A stretch of 64,000 nt of DNA, from assembly GCA_052387675.1 (NCBI GenBank), contig JBQTIY010000001.1:160227-224226 (forward strand), written 5' to 3'. Source of the stretch: Planctomycetota bacterium. GTDB taxonomy: Bacteria > Planctomycetota > B15-G4. Made by a program: the position numbers and the translations under genes. Under the pieces are notes generated by a model. The model did not search any database and had not been told where the DNA came from. It saw only the letters and a list, made by a program, of their open reading frames with translations. Positions 60,118 to 64,000 of the stretch are shown here, piece after piece (the first letter of the stretch is position 1; every line of letters begins with the position of its first letter).

Positions 60118-61872
60118 TCAGGGCGTAACGAAGGCGAGGCCGTTGCTGGCTGAGTAGCCCAGGGGGCCCGCCGGATCAGCGACCCAGAACTGGGTGTAGA
60201 TCGGAAAGCCGGCCGGCACTCCCACCGGCACGGCGCCGGTGACCAGGACCTTGCCCACAAAGCCGGTGTTGAAGCCAGGCAGGACCAGCAAGGGATCTGG
60301 CACGAGCACGCCGCCGAAGAGCGGCACACCGAGGTGCGTGATGCCCACCACGAAGAAGGCCGGGGCCTGCGTGACCGCATTGTCGAGCAGGAAGCCAATG
60401 CCTCCGCCCGGTGAGGTGCCGCCGCTGCCGGTGCTCGTGGGGAAGCCCAGCCCGCCGGCGAGTGAATTCCCCAGCGCCGTGAAGACGCCGGTGCTGATCT
60501 GCAGCAGATGCGCCGCACCACGATCGGTGCCGCCGTCATCCGCGAAGCGCGACCCGGTGAGGACCGAGCCGTAGCCGAAGAGCTGGTTCGTGCCGAGGGC
60601 CGCCACGGCGTAGCCGAACTGGTCGCCGGCGGCAATCGTGGGAGCCAGCCCACCTGTCGTCGCGCTGATCTTCTGCGAGTTGAGGATGGTCTGCGTGCTG
60701 GTGAGCGTGAGGATCCAGATCGATCCGGAATCAGTGCCGCCGTCGTCGCAGAGCGGAGCGCCCACGACGAGGTCCAACTCACCATCCAGATTCACGTCCG
60801 GCAGGAAGGCTACTGCGTTGCCGAAGCGATCACCGTCAGCCAGCGCTGGGGTGATGCCGCCCTGCGTGGCACTCAGCTTCTGCTCTTCCGCCACGGTTCC
60901 GCTGGCGTTTAGCAGCAACAGCCAAACGGCTCCGCGATCCGGGCCGCCGTCATCGTCGTTGCGCGCACCCACCGCCAAGTCGGAGAGGCCATCGTCGTTG
61001 AGGTCGGCCGACGCAAGGGCCGAACCAAACCAGTCGCCGTTCGCCAGGGAGCTCGTGAAGCCGCCAGCTCCCTGACTGATCTTGGTGGCGCTCGCCACGC
61101 CGCCGAACGGCTGGAGGAAGAGCACCCAGACGGCTCCGCGGTTGCTGCCGGCATCGTCATCAAGAATCGCGCCGACCGCGACGTCCTCGCGGCCATCGCT
61201 GTTCAGGTCGCCGAGTCCGGTCACGGACAGCCCGAAGAAGTCGCCATCATCGAGCGGGCCAGCGAAACCACCCTGTGTGTGGCTGATCTTGCTGTTGAAG
61301 AACACGGTGCCGTCGTTCTTCAGGAAGAGGATCCAGACCGCGCCGCGATCCGTGCCGCCGTCGTCATCTTTGTTGGCGCCGACGATAATGTCCTGCACGC
61401 CGTCGCTGTTCAGGTCCCCGACAAGCGCCACGGAGACGCCGAACTGGTCGTCGTCATCCAGCACGCCCGTGAAACCGCCCGCTAGGTCGCTGATCTTCTG
61501 GTGCGACTTCACCGTGCCATTGGGCTTGAGGAAGAGCACCCACACGGCACCACGGTTCGGGCCGCCGTCGTTGTCCCACATCGCACCGACGACGATGTCG
61601 TCCACGCCATCCAGGTCGAGGTCACCGATGTCGGCCACGGCCCCGCCGAAGAGATCGGAATCAGCCAACGAGCCCGCGAAGGCGCCGGCGGTGGAACTGA
61701 GGCGCCGGCTGTCGAGGCTCTCGCCGGGCTGCACCTGGGCCGCAGCCGCGAAACTCAAGCCCCCGAGCACCAGTCCACAGAGCAAGCCCACTCGAGGCGC
61801 GAGCTGGCGAGCGCGATCGGCGCTCAAAGAGGCAGCGGGAGCGTCGTTGCGAACACTACGGTTTGTAATCAT
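60118..61872 (-). CDS. Secreted FG-GAP/integrin-alpha-like beta-propeller repeat protein
   Basis: Start MITNRSV at 61872 (signal peptide LLCGLVLGGLSFAAAAQ). Five or more repeats of the type DDIVVGAMWDNDGGPNRGAVWVLFL / VGANKDDDGGTDRGAVWILFL / VGARNDDDGGPDRGAVWLLLL. Confidence 0.8.
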   Translation of the reverse strand: MITNRSVRNDAPAASLSADRARQLAPRVGLLCGLVLGGLSFAAAAQVQPGESLDSRRLSSTAGAFAGSLADSDLFGGAVADIGDLDLDGVDDIVVGAMWDNDGGPNRGAVWVLFLKPNGTVKSHQKISDLAGGFTGVLDDDDQFGVSVALVGDLNSDGVQDIIVGANKDDDGGTDRGAVWILFLKNDGTVFFNSKISHTQGGFAGPLDDGDFFGLSVTGLGDLNSDGREDVAVGAILDDDAGSNRGAVWVLFLQPFGGVASATKISQGAGGFTSSLANGDWFGSALASADLNDDGLSDLAVGARNDDDGGPDRGAVWLLLLNASGTVAEEQKLSATQGGITPALADGDRFGNAVAFLPDVNLDGELDLVVGAPLCDDGGTDSGSIWILTLTSTQTILNSQKISATTGGLAPTIAAGDQFGYAVAALGTNQLFGYGSVLTGSRFADDGGTDRGAAHLLQISTGVFTALGNSLAGGLGFPTSTGSGGTSPGGGIGFLLDNAVTQAPAFFVVGITHLGVPLFGGVLVPDPLLVLPGFNTGFVGKVLVTGAVPVGVPAGFPIYTQFWVADPAGPLGYSASNGLAFVTP

Positions 61873-62192
61873 CGGGAACTCCAACTCGAATGCGGCGATG
61901 GCGGGAACCTGATCCGTGACCGAGCGGGCAGCCGGCAGGCCTCGCTCAGTACCCCCTTCGCTGTCCAGCCGCACCGCTGACTCAGTGCGTCGACCGTGGA
62001 AAGGGGCGGGTGTGACCCAGGTCTGGTTCATATTCTGGCAGAAAAGTGCGGGTGAGGGGATGTCGAGGTCGAGAGGCAGCCCGAAGCTTTGCGCTCCTCC
62101 GGCAGCGTCCGGAGCGACTATCGGCCGAATGGGCCTCTCGGATGGACCTCGAGCGGCCACGGTTCGCCTGCGGAGGGCGTGCGGGCGCTCCT

Positions 62193-64000
62193 CTAGCCGC
62201 CCCTGAGCAGGGCCTCAACCACCCCGGGATCAGCCAGGGTGCTGGTGTCTCCCAGGTCGCTCATTTCCCCGGCGGCGATCTTGCGGAGAATTCGCCGCAT
62301 GATCTTTCCACTGCGGGTCTTAGGGAGGGCCGAGGTGAACTGAATCCGGTCGGGCGTGGCGATCGGCCCAATGACTCGCCGGACGGTCGCCACGAGTTCC
62401 TGACGCAGCACGTCGTCGCCCTCCCGGCCGCGCGCCAGGGTCACGAAGGCATAGATGCCCTGGCCCTTGATGGGGTGGGGCATCCCCACCACGGCCGTTT
62501 CGACCACGGCCTCATGCTCGTCAAGCGCCGACTCAACTTCGGCGGTGCCAAGCCGATGGCCGGAGACATTGATCACGTCGTCGACGCGCCCGGTGATGCG
62601 GTAGTAGCCATCGGCATCGCGCTGGGCACCGTCGCCCGTGAAGTACTTGCCGGGGAACTGTGAGAAGTACGTCTGCCGGAAGCGCTCGTGATCGCCGTAG
62701 ACCGTGCGCATCATTCCCGGCCAGGGGAAGTCCAGGCAGAGTTTGCCTTCAACGTTCGGGCCTTCGAGGACGCGGCCGGCATCGTCCACGATGACCGGCC
62801 GCACGCCCGGCAGCGGCAACGTGGCGAGGCCCGGCTTGAGCGGCGTGGCGCCCGGCAGAGGCGAGATGAGGATGCCGCCGGTCTCGGTTTGCCACCACGT
62901 GTCCACCACCGGGCAGCGGCCCTCGCCCACCACGCCGTGGTACCAGTGCCAAGCGTCCACATTGATCGGCTCACCCACTGTGCCGAGCAGGCGCAGCGAC
63001 GCGCGCGAGCGCTTCGTCACCGGTGCATCGCCGGCCACCATGAGTGCACGAATCGCCGTCGGCGCGGTGTACAGGATCGAGACCTTGTGCTTGTCCACCA
63101 CGTCCCAGAAACGCCCCGCGTCGGGATAGCTGGGGATGCCTTCGTACATGAGCGTGGTCGCGCCGTTGCAAAGCGGCCCGTACACGATGTAGCTGTGCCC
63201 CGTGACCCAGCCGACGTCCGCCGTGCACCAGTAAATGTCGTTGGGGCGCCAGTCGAAGACGAGTTCGTGCGTGTAACTGGCGTAGACGAGGTAGCCGCCG
63301 GTCGTGTGGAGCACGCCCTTGGGTTTGCCGGTTGAGCCCGAGGTGTACAGGATGAAGAGCGGATCCTCGGCCCCCATGCTCTCCGGCGGACAGTCGGCGC
63401 TGAGCCCGGGCGCCTGCATCAGTTCGTGCCACCAGAGGTCGCGGCCGGCGCGCATGGCAACCGAGGCCCCGGTGCGGCGCAGCACGATGGCCTCGCGGAC
63501 GCAGTCAGCCCCCTGCAAGGCCTCGTCGGCGATCGCCTTCAGCGGAATGTGCTTGCCGCCGCGCAGGCCCTCGTCGGCCGTGATGAGCGTGCGGCAGCGA
63601 CTGTCCAGGATGCGATCGCGCAGGGACTGCGCCGAGAAGCCTCCGAAGACCACGCTGTGTACGGCGCCAAGGCGAGCGCAGGCCAGCACCGCCACGGCCA
63701 GCTCGGGCACCATGGGCATGTAGATGCAGACCCGGTCACCACGCACCACGCCGCGGCCCTTGAGCACGTTCGCGAAGCGGCTCACGAGGGCCAGCAGCTC
63801 GGCATAGCTAATGTGCCGATCCTCGGCCGGGTCATCACCCTCCCAGAGGATCGCCGTGCGAGCCCCGTGGCCGGCCAGCACATGCCGATCGAGGCAGTTG
63901 TACGAGGCGTTGAGCTGGCCATCAGCAAACCAGCGCACCTGCGCCGCCTGGAAATCCCACTCGAGCACGCTCTGGAAGGGCTTGTCCCAAGTGAGACGCT
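62193..64000 (-). CDS. acs: Acetyl-coenzyme A synthetase (acetate--CoA ligase), partial: the N-terminal about 50-70 aa lie beyond the window end
   Basis: ...[18 protein letters not shown]..., the AMP-binding motif [34 protein letters not shown], and C-terminal ...[13 protein letters not shown]. The ORF runs off the window edge. Confidence 0.93.
   Translation of the reverse strand, partial: RLTWDKPFQSVLEWDFQAAQVRWFADGQLNASYNCLDRHVLAGHGARTAILWEGDDPAEDRHISYAELLALVSRFANVLKGRGVVRGDRVCIYMPMVPELAVAVLACARLGAVHSVVFGGFSAQSLRDRILDSRCRTLITADEGLRGGKHIPLKAIADEALQGADCVREAIVLRRTGASVAMRAGRDLWWHELMQAPGLSADCPPESMGAEDPLFILYTSGSTGKPKGVLHTTGGYLVYASYTHELVFDWRPNDIYWCTADVGWVTGHSYIVYGPLCNGATTLMYEGIPSYPDAGRFWDVVDKHKVSILYTAPTAIRALMVAGDAPVTKRSRASLRLLGTVGEPINVDAWHWYHGVVGEGRCPVVDTWWQTETGGILISPLPGATPLKPGLATLPLPGVRPVIVDDAGRVLEGPNVEGKLCLDFPWPGMMRTVYGDHERFRQTYFSQFPGKYFTGDGAQRDADGYYRITGRVDDVINVSGHRLGTAEVESALDEHEAVVETAVVGMPHPIKGQGIYAFVTLARGREGDDVLRQELVATVRRVIGPIATPDRIQFTSALPKTRSGKIMRRILRKIAAGEMSDLGDTSTLADPGVVEALLRGG

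Overview
This is a high-GC (about 70-75%) bacterial chromosomal segment with a lower-GC (about 55-58%) block at the left end. The PSOR-repeat proteins, BatA/MoxR/DUF58 operon architecture and PQQ-like propeller giants suggest a Planctomycetota-like or similar high-GC lineage; Myxococcota or Gemmatimonadota are not excluded. The ORF track counts GTG/TTG as starts, so many listed N-termini are over-extended. Many long Arg/Ala-rich ORFs antisense to real genes are GC artefacts.

Content, left to right:
(1) A roughly 6.4-kb lower-GC putative genomic island abutting the 3' end of a tRNA-Gln(CUG) gene. It carries two Mrr-type PD-(D/E)xK nucleases (one running off the window), a Zn-ribbon-DUF4145 protein, and an unusual ECF-type transporter whose two ABC ATPase domains and EcfT-like membrane domain are fused in one 768-aa polypeptide, plus an S-component-like gene.
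(2) An arginase/agmatinase-family gene and two tandem ABC-2 ATPase/permease pairs.
(3) A Gfo/Idh/MocA oxidoreductase and cysS, which is translationally coupled to the first of two paralogous 'small helical protein + short AbiEii-like nucleotidyltransferase' modules.
(4) A 1080-aa GMC-oxidoreductase/Rossmann-domain fusion immediately after the nusA-infB-rbfA operon.
(5) A 3-hexulose-6-phosphate-synthase (HPS)-RraA fusion gene, then thiS, the second NTase module, a membrane protein, thiG and a GalT-like HIT protein.
(6) A roughly 19-kb minus-strand operon with 4-nt start/stop overlaps: MoxR, DUF58, a BatA-like vWA protein, a vWA membrane protein, a 1407-aa PQQ-like beta-propeller/TPR protein, and two PSOR (prenyltransferase/squalene-oxidase repeat) paralogs around a membrane protein and a coiled-coil protein. 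It is preceded by eno, ftsB and a secreted propeller protein.
(7) A plus-strand, translationally coupled biosynthetic run: psd, pssA, folK, panC, panD, ispE, a SpoVG with a zinc-ribbon insertion, DUF2520 and aroDE.
(8) A compositionally atypical B12-binding radical SAM gene, an FG-GAP propeller protein, and a partial acs.

No CRISPR array, rRNA or integrase was seen. The most likely candidates for something new are the duplicated NTase modules, the island's fused ECF/DUF4145 module, the HPS-RraA and GalT-like genes embedded in the thi locus, the SpoVG variant and the PSOR-containing Bat-like operon. All hand-derived coordinates (tRNA, promoter, hairpins, adjusted starts) should be taken as +/- a few nt.
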